Of a stretch of DNA of 64,000 nucleotides, positions 1 to 10,299 are shown one piece after another. The stretch is taken from assembly GCA_965223845.1 (NCBI GenBank), contig CBDCXR010000004.1, forward strand, positions 3,616,001 through 3,680,000. The letters are read 5' to 3'. The notes beneath the pieces are model-generated. The model made no database searches and had not been told where the DNA came from. It worked only from the letters and a program-made list of their open reading frames with translations. The translations under genes were made by a program, and so were the position numbers. Every line of letters begins with the position of its first letter. Positions within the stretch are counted from its first letter, which is position 1. Source of the DNA: Planctomycetota bacterium. Its GTDB lineage: Bacteria; Planctomycetota; UBA8108; SXIK01.

Positions 1-225
1 ATCGATCGAAAAGCCCCCCCCATCAAAGGGGGATCGACGCCGGCGAACAACGGAGAAAGTCCGACTCGGAGGCGTCTGCCGGCAGCAACAACGTGTACCG
101 TGCCCGCCCAACACTTCCGATAGTCGGGGCCGACGGCACGGCCGAGCCTCGACAGCTCCAGTGTCGCCCGTCACGCGGGCCGCGAAAAGAGCGGTTCCGA
201 GAATCCGGGAATCGGAGCCTCGGGT

Positions 226-792
226 CTATTCGGAGTGGACACTCCGAGCGCGGCGGAGGAAGGCGCGCAGCTCGGCGTCGCTGCCGTACGTCTCCTCGGC
301 CTTCTCCCACACGACGATCGCAGCGTCGATCTCTCCCCTCCCGTAGATCTCCAGGCCGAGCGTCTTCAGGACGGCCGCCGCCCGCTGAACACCTCCACCC
401 GCGTCGTCCGGCTCGTCGAGTTCGGCGATGAGCGCGTCGAGGCCCTCGACCTCGAATACCTTCCGCGCCCGCGCGAGCGTGGCTTCGTCCGGCCGCGCCT
501 CCTCGATCACCGCAGCGGCAACTCGCGGCGGTGACGGCGGAGCGGCCCCGAGGAGCCGGCGGCTGAGCAATTCCCGCAGCACCGCGCCGGCCGGATGCGC
601 ACGCGGAATCGACGCGAGCGCGCTTTCGGCCTCAGCGAGCGAGTCCGCCTCGATGAGATCGAGCACGCGCTCCGCCGATGCGAGCACACTCGCGTCTTCG
701 GGACGGAGCGCACTCCGCGTCCCGGGAAGCGCAGAGCGCCGCGGGACCGCACACGATGCGAGGAGCAGACAGAGGAGCAGAGTTCGGATCAT
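226..792 (-). CDS. Putative lipoprotein with C-terminal TPR-like helices
   Basis: ATG at 792 gives MIRTLLLCLLLASC (lipobox LASC). C-terminal LGLEIYGRGEIDAAIVVWEKA is TPR-like. Confidence 0.7.
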   Translation of the reverse strand: MIRTLLLCLLLASCAVPRRSALPGTRSALRPEDASVLASAERVLDLIEADSLAEAESALASIPRAHPAGAVLRELLSRRLLGAAPPSPPRVAAAVIEEARPDEATLARARKVFEVEGLDALIAELDEPDDAGGGVQRAAAVLKTLGLEIYGRGEIDAAIVVWEKAEETYGSDAELRAFLRRARSVHSE

Positions 793-1030
793 GAATGGTC
801 GAGGGGCGATCGTTTCGGCAGATCCGTCCCGGGCCGATAACGGCGATTTGACGGAACACTCGCGCACGCGAGCTCATGGTTCGATATCGGCAGGTTGAGG
901 GGCCGCCCTTCGCCCCCTCCGATCGGCCGAATAACGCCGAGCGGGGTATTCTTCTTCCGTGTTTCGGTCTCTCGGTGACCCGCATGAAATGCGAGTCGAC
1001 ATCGATCTTTTCGGAAACCGCACTGGGACG

Positions 1031-2470
1031 ATGGGATCTCTCGCTGAACGGATGCGCAGCCTCGGAAGAGCGCTGTGGGAACGCGGGACGGCGTTTGCTC
1101 GGCACCGGAGTGAACCGCAGTCCGACTCCCCTCGGGCGAGCGCCGACGACGCTCGCGAGCGGAGCGGAGTCCGCGCCTTCACTCGCCTTCCGCGAATTCG
1201 CACGATCAAGTATCGCCTCACGCTCCTCTGCGCCGCGATGTCGCTCGTCATCATCGTCGCGACGTTTTGGATGCTGACCCGCACGGCCGACGCGGTCGCG
1301 CGGGACGAAGCCCTCCGCCGTGCGGACGAGCTCACCAGTTACTTCGCCGACTCTATCGCGGAGGCGGTCGCCGCCAACGACCGGCTCCAAGTTCACGTGC
1401 AGGCCGAGGCCCTCGCGCGCGCCGGCGTCTCCAGCGTCCGAGTCGAGAATCAATCCGGGGACGAGCTCTACCCGGCCGCCGCTGCGGCGTCGCGCGATGT
1501 CCGACTGCGCGAGCCCGATCGCGAGTCGGGTTGGTTCGTCGTCACCAAGCCGGTACGCTTCGGCGGTCGCCAGCGCGGTACCGTGAGTGCGCGCTTCAAT
1601 CGTGGCGCTCTCGAGACGCGCGTTCACGAGTCGAACGAGTTCGTCTATCCGATTCTCGCGCTCGGGCTTCTCTCGACGGTCCTCCTCGGCTTCGCCGCTC
1701 TTCACAGCCCGTTCCACGCGCTCCGCCGCCTGGCGAACGTCGCGGAGCGGATCGGCGACGGCGATCTCTCCACCCGTGTGCCGGTCGAGGGTCGCGATGA
1801 GATGGCGGCATTCTGTCAGAGCTTCAATCGCATGGTGAAGCGGCTCGCCGAAGCGCGTCTCGAAAACGCGCGGAGCCATCTTCGTGCCATCGAGGCGATG
1901 ATCCGAACGGTCGAGGCGAAGGACGCCTACACCCAGGGGCACTGCGTGCGCGTTCGGGATTACTCCTCGAGGATCCTCGACGCCCTGCCGAGCTTCCCGT
2001 CCGAGAAGCGGTTTCAAATCGAGACCGCGGCGCTCCTCCACGACATCGGCAAGATCGGAGTGCCGGATCGAGTGCTCCTCAAGCGCGGGAAGCTCACCGC
2101 CGAGGAGATCGAGATCATTCAGCGCCACGTCACGATCGGCGAGGACATCGTCCTTCACCTCGAGTCGATGCGCGAGGTCGCCAACTGGGTGAGGCACCAC
2201 CACGAACGATGGGACGGCGCGGGCTACCCCGACCGCCTCGAGGGCAAAGCGATTCCTCTCGCGAGCCGGGTCATCGCCGTCGCCGACTGCATCGACGCGA
2301 TGCTGACGAACCGCCCGTACCGCACTCCTCGAAGTCTCGACGATGTGATCGGCGTCCTCGCGCGGGAGAGAGGACGGCAGTTCGACCCGGAAGTCGTGGA
2401 CGCGGCGTTGAAGGCGCTCGGTGCGAGCTCGAACTCGGCCGGTCAGCGCGTCGATCCCTCCGCGCCGTGA
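1031..2470 (+). CDS. Membrane HAMP + HD-GYP c-di-GMP phosphodiesterase
   Basis: Two TM segments, HAMP (IGDGDLSTRVPVEGRDEMAAF), KDAYTQGH, LLHDIGKIG, HHERWDGAGYP. Start uncertain. Confidence 0.9.
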   Translation: MGSLAERMRSLGRALWERGTAFARHRSEPQSDSPRASADDARERSGVRAFTRLPRIRTIKYRLTLLCAAMSLVIIVATFWMLTRTADAVARDEALRRADELTSYFADSIAEAVAANDRLQVHVQAEALARAGVSSVRVENQSGDELYPAAAAASRDVRLREPDRESGWFVVTKPVRFGGRQRGTVSARFNRGALETRVHESNEFVYPILALGLLSTVLLGFAALHSPFHALRRLANVAERIGDGDLSTRVPVEGRDEMAAFCQSFNRMVKRLAEARLENARSHLRAIEAMIRTVEAKDAYTQGHCVRVRDYSSRILDALPSFPSEKRFQIETAALLHDIGKIGVPDRVLLKRGKLTAEEIEIIQRHVTIGEDIVLHLESMREVANWVRHHHERWDGAGYPDRLEGKAIPLASRVIAVADCIDAMLTNRPYRTPRSLDDVIGVLARERGRQFDPEVVDAALKALGASSNSAGQRVDPSAP

Positions 2471-2513
2471 GGCGAGTCTCGGTCTTTGAACCGTTCGACC
2501 CGGGTCCCGCTAG

Positions 2514-5500
2514 CTAAAAGCACCCGAGCGAATCCGGCGTCGGATCGCCGCCCGGCAGAGGATATGGCGCCGGGATCGGGTCACCGTCGGCGAAGAGAAA
2601 GTTCAACGTGAAGATCGCGTCGTTGATCGCCATTCGCCCGTCGTCATCACTGTCGGCCGCGTCCGGGCACAGCGGTGGTTCCCCGTCGACAAACAGATAC
2701 TGGAGGAGGTAGACCGCGTCGGCGAGATTGACATTGAAGTCGGCATCGGTGTCGCCGCGCAGAAAGAGCGAGGAAAGTCCCGGGCTTCCTCCGACGGAGA
2801 CCTTCCACGCGCGCGGGTCGTCATTGTCGACCGAGGCGTTGATCTGTCCGAGCGAGAGGCTCGATCCCGGGCGCAAATCCGGCCACGCACCGCTCGAGTC
2901 GTACTCGACGCGGTCGATCGTAGCGCGGTACCCGGCGCCGGCATCGAGGAGCCGGAGTTCTTCTCCTTCATTCGCGAGTCGGCCGTCGTAAGGGCCGAAG
3001 AGGAGCTCCGGCGGGACGCCCCCGAGCGCCGCCGTCAAGTCGTCCGGAGAGCGCGCGACGACAACCACCCCTCCGTCCGGAATCACGGTACCGTCGTCGA
3101 AGGTGAACCCCACTCCGTCGATCGACCACCCACCGATGTCGATCTCGCGCCCGAAGACGTTGACGAGTTCCAAGAACTCGAGATCGGAGTCTCCGCCGGC
3201 CGGGAGGTACATGAGCTCGGTGAATATGAGCCGACCCGTTCTCAATACATCGGGGTACTCGTCCGAGATCGTCTGGCGGAGGAACCGAGCGTGGAGATCG
3301 ACCTGCTCGATCGCGATATCGATGTTGCTCAGCATGTCTGCGGGATACCCCTCCACGTTCGAGGGATACCGCCCCCACCGATCGAAATCCTCCGCTTGCT
3401 CGTCCACGAGCCACTCGGCGAGCTCGCCCATACGGACGAGATACGCACTCGCGCGGAACTTCTCCTCGAGTATGTTCCAGAGTCGCACGAGATACGAACG
3501 CTGGTAGTGGCCATCCCCGGCGCGAAAGAAGAGGTCGAGGAGCCAGTTCGACCGATTGTTCGAACCGATCGACGTGAAGTAGAAGGGCCCCATCTGTGCG
3601 AGTGGGCCTAGATCACCGGCGAGAATGTCGTTGAGCGTTCCGACGGGGCGGCCGGGTCCGACGGCCTGGAACGTGAAGAACTTCCCCATCACGAGGTCGA
3701 GATCCCACGGGAGGAATCCCCACCGGTCCGCGCCGAGGTCGTGATAGAGAAAGTGATTCTTCAGCGAGGCGTCGAAGTTGTTGAGCACCACCTGCGTGAG
3801 TTGGAATCCGATGATCTGCTCGGGCAGAGAGCTCGTCTCCCAAAACTCGAGCGTCGGGCCCTCCGGCGTGCTCGCGTCATCGTGCATCGCGGTGACAAAC
3901 TCCTCGATGTCGGAATAGTCGCTCCCCTCGTTCGTCTCTTCTTCCCAGCGTTCAGAGAATCCGCCGGGCGGAAGCCGCGGAACGCCGGGAATGTCCCCGG
4001 TGTCCGGTTGCTTCGCCTTGTAGAGGCTCCCGCGCGAGTCGAGCCCGGTGCGATCGAGGTACTCTTCGTCGGGATGCTCGAGCGAAAGGAACAGGCCGTA
4101 GTAGCTCCCGCTCACGTTCAGCCGGATGTACTCCGTCGCGACGGCCGGAAGACCGATCTGGTCGACGAACTCCCACGCGAGAAACTCGCGGACGAGCGCC
4201 TTGTCCGTCCAGAGTCCGTTTAGGTTGAGCTTTCTTCGTCCGTCGAAGCGGTAGGCCTTGTTGAAACGGATCTTGAAGTTTCGCTTGAGCACCCGGCACG
4301 CAGTGTTGCCCCGCCAACGCACGCCGACGTCCGGATAGAGTTCCCCGCGGTACGCAAACGAGCCGCGCTTGAGGACCGCGCAGTCGAGATGGTCGTTCAC
4401 CGATTCGGCGTTCGATCCGTCGATCCCTTCGAGAAGGACATGGTAGGCGGGAAGACCACTCGCTAGATCCGTCTCACTCGGATCGAAGACGTAGTAGCCG
4501 CGAAGCTCGCGCGAATCCGGCGCGCCCCCGTCGAGAAGCGGCGGGTAGTCCCGCGATCCAAACGCGTTCGTCGCTTCGATCCACCAGCGCACCTGCGTTC
4601 CGTGCGGAAAGGCCGGAAGCATCGCTCCGTAAACACCGTCGCCCGCGCCCCCGTCGCGGTGACGCCCGTCGTCCGCCATGGCGACCGGAGTGAAGTCACC
4701 GCTCTCGCCCGAGGCGAACCGCAGGACGACGTCGTCCGCTTCCCCGCGCACGTGCGCACTGATCCACGTCTCGTCGGCGCTCGTCGGCTCGAGGGGGAAT
4801 CGACCGACGTGATCGACAAACGGCGCGAGACCCGCCGCGCTCACCGTGTTCGATCGACCGGGCGAAATGATTTGCTCTGTCGCGACCGCCGTGACTCCGA
4901 GATGGATTCCGGCGGAGAAACGAAAGCTCCCCGAGACCGGTTTGACCGCGACCGAGATTCGATACCGGACTTCGTCTCGCAGCGCGGCGAGCGGACTGGT
5001 CGACATTCCATTCCCGGTCCCGCACTCTCCGAGGGGACACGGACCGCTGCTCACGAGACGGATCGCCCCGGTTCCGCCGACGCCGGCCGTTTCGTCCCAC
5101 GTCGAATCCGCCGCGTTCCCCCTCGTTGTCCAGGTGCTTCTGCCGCTGTCGAAGTCGGGATTGAAGAGAAGATTGGGGCCGATCTCCACGCCATCTTCGT
5201 CGAGTTCGCGAAACACGATGTCATCGACGATCACTTCGCCCACCCCGTCCAGGGAGAGGACGAAAGTCTGCGCGAGCCCGGTACTGCGGAACCCTTCGGC
5301 AACGATCGTCCGAAACTCGCCGGGAACGACGCGACTCGAACGCCAGTTGGCGGGATCCTCGCTCGGGAGATCCACGTGGACTCGCTCGAGACTCCGCCGC
5401 TCGCCGTCGGCCGCGTACGGCCAATCACCGAAATCGTCGTAGCGGACACTGTCGACGCGGTTCCCGTCGGCGTCGACGAGCGTGACGCGCTCCCCGCCGT

Positions 5501-6563
5501 TCGACAAACGACCCTCGTACTCGCCAACGAAAGTCGCCTCGCTCACATCGGGATGCGCGCGGAGCGCCCCGGCGTCGCGAGTCAGGACGGCATGATCGCC
5601 GGGCGCGAGCACGAGTCCGTCGGGGAATGTGTAGTCGACTCCCGTCGAGATCGACCATCCCGAGACGTCGACCGGCGCGTCCAGACGATTGTGGAGCTCC
5701 AGAAACTCCTCCGCTTCGCCGTCGTCCCCGACTGGCAGAATCACGCCCTCTGCGCGCGGCGGGTGGTAGTGGATCTCGGTGAAGACGACCGCGCCGAGAG
5801 ACGGCTCCGGCGGCGGACATTGCGGCGCGGGCCCCGGAGCGAGGGGGCTAGGAGCCGCGCCGACCCAGCTCCCGGAGAGCATCCCATCGGATTCGAGACA
5901 CACGCGGTGGAGAGCGTCCCCGTCACCGTCCGCCGACGCCGGCCAAGGCGCCTCGTCGTCGTAGAGCACTCGATCGACGTACGCGTGATTCGCATCGACG
6001 AGAACGACGCTCTCGCGCCCGTTGTCGAGAAAACCGGCGAAGTCTCCGTAGACACGCCGCGAATCGATGGCGAACGCGTCGAGAAGTGCATCGCGATCCG
6101 CCGCGACGATGAGCGATCCGCCGGCGGGGACCATCGCCCCGTCCGGAAAGCGAAACCGAACGCCCCCGGTGAGCTCGAATCCCGACACGTCGACCGCGAG
6201 CGGTCCCGACTCGGTGAGCTCGATGTACTCGACCGATCGCCCCTCGGCGCGCGTCGGATGATAGTAGACCTCGGTGATCGTGAGAGCGCGCAAACTCGGC
6301 GTCGCTCCGACCGTGAACGCGAAGCAAAGCGCGAACCAAACGAGGACATCGGTCGAGCGCGCGAAGGGGTTCGAACTCGGCGGTGACTCAGATGGCGCGA
6401 CGGGGTCGTCGAGGACGATTCCGGTGACGGAGGCGGTGCTGGCGGCCACCGTGGACTGGTCGAGACGGTCTTCGCGTCCTTCGAACGATCGGGATCGCCG
6501 AACTCGAACTGAGTTCACGGAAGCCTCCTCCGAAACACCCGAAAAAGTGACGGACTCCCCCAC
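2514..6563 (-). CDS. Secreted lamin-tail-domain / CotH-kinase family protein with C-terminal dockerin
   Basis: Three LTD repeats (ITEVYYHP, FTEIHYHP, FTELMYLP), CotH core (VRWRGN, NFKIRF, KNHFLY, PWDLD), C-terminal RGDTDADFNVNLADA...AADSDDDGRMAINDA. Start uncertain. Confidence 0.85.
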   Translation of the reverse strand: MGESVTFSGVSEEASVNSVRVRRSRSFEGREDRLDQSTVAASTASVTGIVLDDPVAPSESPPSSNPFARSTDVLVWFALCFAFTVGATPSLRALTITEVYYHPTRAEGRSVEYIELTESGPLAVDVSGFELTGGVRFRFPDGAMVPAGGSLIVAADRDALLDAFAIDSRRVYGDFAGFLDNGRESVVLVDANHAYVDRVLYDDEAPWPASADGDGDALHRVCLESDGMLSGSWVGAAPSPLAPGPAPQCPPPEPSLGAVVFTEIHYHPPRAEGVILPVGDDGEAEEFLELHNRLDAPVDVSGWSISTGVDYTFPDGLVLAPGDHAVLTRDAGALRAHPDVSEATFVGEYEGRLSNGGERVTLVDADGNRVDSVRYDDFGDWPYAADGERRSLERVHVDLPSEDPANWRSSRVVPGEFRTIVAEGFRSTGLAQTFVLSLDGVGEVIVDDIVFRELDEDGVEIGPNLLFNPDFDSGRSTWTTRGNAADSTWDETAGVGGTGAIRLVSSGPCPLGECGTGNGMSTSPLAALRDEVRYRISVAVKPVSGSFRFSAGIHLGVTAVATEQIISPGRSNTVSAAGLAPFVDHVGRFPLEPTSADETWISAHVRGEADDVVLRFASGESGDFTPVAMADDGRHRDGGAGDGVYGAMLPAFPHGTQVRWWIEATNAFGSRDYPPLLDGGAPDSRELRGYYVFDPSETDLASGLPAYHVLLEGIDGSNAESVNDHLDCAVLKRGSFAYRGELYPDVGVRWRGNTACRVLKRNFKIRFNKAYRFDGRRKLNLNGLWTDKALVREFLAWEFVDQIGLPAVATEYIRLNVSGSYYGLFLSLEHPDEEYLDRTGLDSRGSLYKAKQPDTGDIPGVPRLPPGGFSERWEEETNEGSDYSDIEEFVTAMHDDASTPEGPTLEFWETSSLPEQIIGFQLTQVVLNNFDASLKNHFLYHDLGADRWGFLPWDLDLVMGKFFTFQAVGPGRPVGTLNDILAGDLGPLAQMGPFYFTSIGSNNRSNWLLDLFFRAGDGHYQRSYLVRLWNILEEKFRASAYLVRMGELAEWLVDEQAEDFDRWGRYPSNVEGYPADMLSNIDIAIEQVDLHARFLRQTISDEYPDVLRTGRLIFTELMYLPAGGDSDLEFLELVNVFGREIDIGGWSIDGVGFTFDDGTVIPDGGVVVVARSPDDLTAALGGVPPELLFGPYDGRLANEGEELRLLDAGAGYRATIDRVEYDSSGAWPDLRPGSSLSLGQINASVDNDDPRAWKVSVGGSPGLSSLFLRGDTDADFNVNLADAVYLLQYLFVDGEPPLCPDAADSDDDGRMAINDAIFTLNFLFADGDPIPAPYPLPGGDPTPDSLGCF

Positions 6564-6768
6564 GGGCGAGGCACCGTGAAACGCGTGCGACGACCGACTC
6601 GCGCCATCTTATACCTGGCACCGAGCCGCCGCTACGAACACATCCCGGATCCGAGCCGACGCCTCGAACGCGAATGCGAGGCGTCGAAATAGGAGCAGAG
6701 AGGCCCGCGCAAGTGGAGAAGAGAGCGAGACTCCTACCGGAGCTCTCTCAACTAGAGGAGCGCGACGC

Positions 6769-7071
6769 TCAGGCGCTAACGGCGCAGGCGCGGCGTTCGC
6801 GCGACCTGGCCGCAGCGCGAACGTGATAGAGGACTTCGTCGACGTCGGGGACGCGAGACGTCGCCCGCTTCGAGTAAATCAGCCGGCCGTCGACGCGAAC
6901 TTCAAACACCCCACCGCGAGACGGGCGGAGCCGCTCGACGACGCTCGACTCGCTGCGCGCGGCGCTCGCGATGCTCTCGGCGTGCCCGCGGAGGTGACCG
7001 AACTCGCAGTACTCGATCTCGAGACGCACGGGCTCGAAGGGGCCGTCGCTCTCGTTCCAGTCGTCGTTCAT
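6769..7071 (-). CDS. Rdx (SelT/SelW/SelH) family protein, CxxG variant
   Basis: LEIEYCEFG...PSRGGVFEVRVDGRLIYSK...P matches the Rdx fold pattern. ATG at 7071. Confidence 0.8.
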   Translation of the reverse strand: MNDDWNESDGPFEPVRLEIEYCEFGHLRGHAESIASAARSESSVVERLRPSRGGVFEVRVDGRLIYSKRATSRVPDVDEVLYHVRAAARSRERRACAVSA

Positions 7072-7498
7072 CGCAAAAGCGCCCGTTCGAGTCGGTCGTG
7101 AGGAGAGAGTTTCAAGCCGGGGCGATCGAATCATAAATCGTGCTCGTGTCGGTGTTTCTTGCGTTGCCGGAAGGAGATGCCCCGGCCGCAAGACGGTTGA
7201 ACCTACCGCATCGCGACGGTCGAGGTCCAGTCTCACCCCGGCGGGCTCCTATGTCGAATCCTTCGCGCCCCCGCTCCGAGCGGACGCATCTCCCGTGATC
7301 CACGCATGAGACGCTCGATCCCGGCTCTCTATTCACTCGTTTTTTCTGCGCGGGACGGTGGCGAAACGGTCGATCGATCGAAGAAAGTTACCGGACGGTG
7401 AACCACCTCGTTTGTGTGCGGTTCGGTAGCGGGACGGCGACGGGCCCCGAACAACTACCGAGCCTTTCGGTCGGTCGCGTCCGACCGCACGATCGACG

Positions 7499-9505
7499 CT
7501 ACGCGCCGCCTCGCGCGTCGCCGCGACGAACGGCGGACAGGCATAGAACGGCGACCGCGATCGCCGGGAGCCATACGCCCGGTCGAGTGGCGGTGCTCTG
7601 CCATTCTTCACCCCTCGCGCTGGAGACGACCGCGAGAAGGACCCCGTTGTACACACCGTGGAACACCATGCACGGAACGATCGACCGCGACCGGTGCCGC
7701 AACGTCGCGAGCGCGACTCCGAGCGCGAAGGTCACGACGAAGCGATGGATGCTGAGGTGGAACGCGCCGAACAGAACGCCGATCCAAAGCGCCGTTCGGA
7801 CCGGTCGGCGCGCGAGCTCGAGCTCGCCCTGAACCGCTCCGCGCCAGAGAATCTCCTCGCAGATCGCGGGCGAGATCACGATCAGGAAGACACGAAGACC
7901 GAGCGGGATCTCCGCTAGCTCTCGCCCGAAGTCACCGAGAAGCTGGGGCGAGGGAAGGAACTTCTCCTGAAGACTCAGGTAGCCGAGCGCGACCACCGCG
8001 AGCGCGAGCGCCGCGGAGGCGGCGAGCCCGAGATGGCGGATCGACGGCGCACGCAGGGCGAGCGCCTCCCGCCAGTTCAATCGAAACACGAGCGGATAGA
8101 GGAGCGCCGGGAGAAGGACGATTCCCCACAGCGTGAGGACGAGTCCCCACACGAGATCGCGACTCTGCAGCCACGCGCCGCCGTAGTAGACGCCGAGGAG
8201 AATCAAAAGCCCGCCGAAGACGAGCGCGCGCCGACCGCGGGTCTCCGCGACGAAATCTTCGCGCCGCGCCGGTGCGGCGAGGCCGAGGACGATGTCCTCC
8301 CGGGCGAGCAAGATCCGCGTCCCGCGCAGGGCGAGAGCCGCGTAGAGGACGGTGGAGACGAGCGCAATCGCGAATGGAGTCGGCTCGATCGTCCCCGCGA
8401 GAGCGTGGCGCATCCCCGCCGTCACGTTCGCGATGGGAACGACGGCGACCACCCCGCCGAGCTGAACTCCCGGGGCGACGCCGAGGCCGGCGAGCAGCAC
8501 TGCGACGAGTGTGACCGGAAAGAGATACGTCTGTGCTTCGCGGTACGAACGAGCGTAAGCGGAGAGCGCGAGCATCGAAGCGCTCGTCAGCACCGCGAAC
8601 GGGATGGCGAGCGCCGCGACCGCGAGAAGCGCTCCGGCGGTCGGCGGGACGAGAAGCGGGTTCGCGTCCCCGTCTGCGGGAGTCGTCCAGCTCGCGCCGA
8701 CGTAGATCGCGACGCAGTTGAGAACGACCGCGACGAGCGACACGGCGAGAACGACCGCGAACTTGCCGCGGACGACACTGGCGCCGTCCACGGGATGAAC
8801 ATGGAGCGTCTCGAGGGTGCCGCGCTCCTTCTCTCCCGCGACGAGGTCGATCGCCGCGAACGAGCCTCCGGTGAGCAGCAGAAGGACGAGAAGAAGCGGA
8901 AGCAGTCGCGCGCTGTTCGAGTTTCGCCGCTCGGTCGGCGAAGCGAGATCTCGGGGGTTCGCGCGTAAATACTCGTCGTAGCGAATCTCGGCTCCGCGTT
9001 CTCTGAGGCCGCGCTCGATGCGACGGTGGCGTAGATCGGCGATCGCCGCTCTTACGCGTCGTCGTGCCTCGCGGCTCGCCTCGGACGTCGAGCGGTACTC
9101 GAGTCGGTACGCACCGTCGGGCACGAATCGGCTCTCGGGTGGTACTCGGTGTCCCTCGTCCTCGGCTTCACTCGGTGGCGCCGTGACTTCGAGGAGCGCG
9201 TACACGTCGCCGGCGGTCGACCAGTCCTCGTCGGTCTCCCAAACGTGGAGCACCAGTGCGTGCTCTTGAAGAAGCGAGGGGAGATCGTGCGGGAGACCGA
9301 TCACCGCGATCGGCAACGGGCGCGAGGCGAGCTCGCCCCGCTTCTCTCCCGCGAACCGCCACGCAAAGCTGAGCACGGGGTAGAGGAGGACCGGAAGCAC
9401 GAATGCGACGAGGAGCGCCCGGCGATCCCGCAGAATCTCGCGCACCTCCTTGCGAAAGACGACGAACGCGACGCCCGGGACGCTGCGCCCGCGCGGAGCG
9501 CTCAC
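7499..9505 (-). CDS. NatB-like ABC permease fused to CPBP (CAAX/Abi) intramembrane protease
   Basis: FRKEVREILRDRR, AGEKERGTLETL, ARSYREAQ; CPBP motifs EEILWRG, FGAFH, HGVYN. Confidence 0.9.
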   Translation of the reverse strand: MSAPRGRSVPGVAFVVFRKEVREILRDRRALLVAFVLPVLLYPVLSFAWRFAGEKRGELASRPLPIAVIGLPHDLPSLLQEHALVLHVWETDEDWSTAGDVYALLEVTAPPSEAEDEGHRVPPESRFVPDGAYRLEYRSTSEASREARRRVRAAIADLRHRRIERGLRERGAEIRYDEYLRANPRDLASPTERRNSNSARLLPLLLVLLLLTGGSFAAIDLVAGEKERGTLETLHVHPVDGASVVRGKFAVVLAVSLVAVVLNCVAIYVGASWTTPADGDANPLLVPPTAGALLAVAALAIPFAVLTSASMLALSAYARSYREAQTYLFPVTLVAVLLAGLGVAPGVQLGGVVAVVPIANVTAGMRHALAGTIEPTPFAIALVSTVLYAALALRGTRILLAREDIVLGLAAPARREDFVAETRGRRALVFGGLLILLGVYYGGAWLQSRDLVWGLVLTLWGIVLLPALLYPLVFRLNWREALALRAPSIRHLGLAASAALALAVVALGYLSLQEKFLPSPQLLGDFGRELAEIPLGLRVFLIVISPAICEEILWRGAVQGELELARRPVRTALWIGVLFGAFHLSIHRFVVTFALGVALATLRHRSRSIVPCMVFHGVYNGVLLAVVSSARGEEWQSTATRPGVWLPAIAVAVLCLSAVRRGDARGGA

Positions 9506-10299
9506 GTGGGCTCCGCCGACTCGGGAGAGGCCGGCTCCCCGCTCGTCGTCTCCGGCGACGCCCCCACGACGGACTTGAAGATGTCTTCGAGATACGCGTG
9601 GCCCGTCTCTTCTCGGAGCTCGTCGAGCGTGCCATTCGCGCGAATGCGCCCCTCATGGACGATGGCGACGCGGTCGCAAAGCCGCTCGACCTCACTCATG
9701 ATGTGAGTCGAGAAGACAATGCATTTTCCGCGCTCACGACTCGTTCGAATGAAATCGATCATCGTGCTCGCGACGAGGATATCGAGCCCGAGCGTCGGCT
9801 CGTCGAGGATGAGGACGTCGGGATCGTGCACGATCGTCCGTGCGATCGAGACCTTCTGCTTCATGCCGGTCGAGAGCTTCTCGCAGCGAACGCGCGCGAA
9901 CTCGGCGATGCCGAAGAGATCTATGAGCTCTTCCACCCGGTGAGCGAGCTGGGCGCGCGACAGGCCGTGCAGCGTACCGAAATACTGGAGCGTCTCGACG
10001 GGAGTGAGCCGCCCGTACAGTCCCGTCGACGCGGAGAGAAAACCGATGGCCCGGCGCACGGCGAGGGGATCGCTCGCGACGTCGTTTCCGGCCACGCGTG
10101 CCCAGCCCGAGGTCGGCCTGAGGACGGTCGAGAGCATCCGCAGCGTCGTCGTTTTGCCGGCTCCGTTCGGTCCGAGGAGGCCGAAGATCTCGCCCCCCGC
10201 GCAGGAGAAGCTCACGCGATCCACCGCGGTCACATCGCCTCGGCGAGGATCGCGGAAGACTTTCGTCAGCTCGTGCGTCTCGATGCGCGCGTCCGTCAT
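9502..10299 (-). CDS. ABC transporter ATP-binding protein (NatA-like)
   Basis: GPNGAGKTT, LSTGMKQK, ILDEPT, STH. ATGA overlap with upstream gene. Confidence 0.92.
   Translation of the reverse strand: MTDARIETHELTKVFRDPRRGDVTAVDRVSFSCAGGEIFGLLGPNGAGKTTTLRMLSTVLRPTSGWARVAGNDVASDPLAVRRAIGFLSASTGLYGRLTPVETLQYFGTLHGLSRAQLAHRVEELIDLFGIAEFARVRCEKLSTGMKQKVSIARTIVHDPDVLILDEPTLGLDILVASTMIDFIRTSRERGKCIVFSTHIMSEVERLCDRVAIVHEGRIRANGTLDELREETGHAYLEDIFKSVVGASPETTSGEPASPESAEPT

Noticed and set aside
7157-7193. Hairpin containing CCGGAAGG, as possible SRP RNA or SECIS near the Rdx gene
   Set aside because: Lacks the SRP CAGG...AGCAG asymmetric loop, lies upstream of the gene, and the gene has no in-frame TGA.
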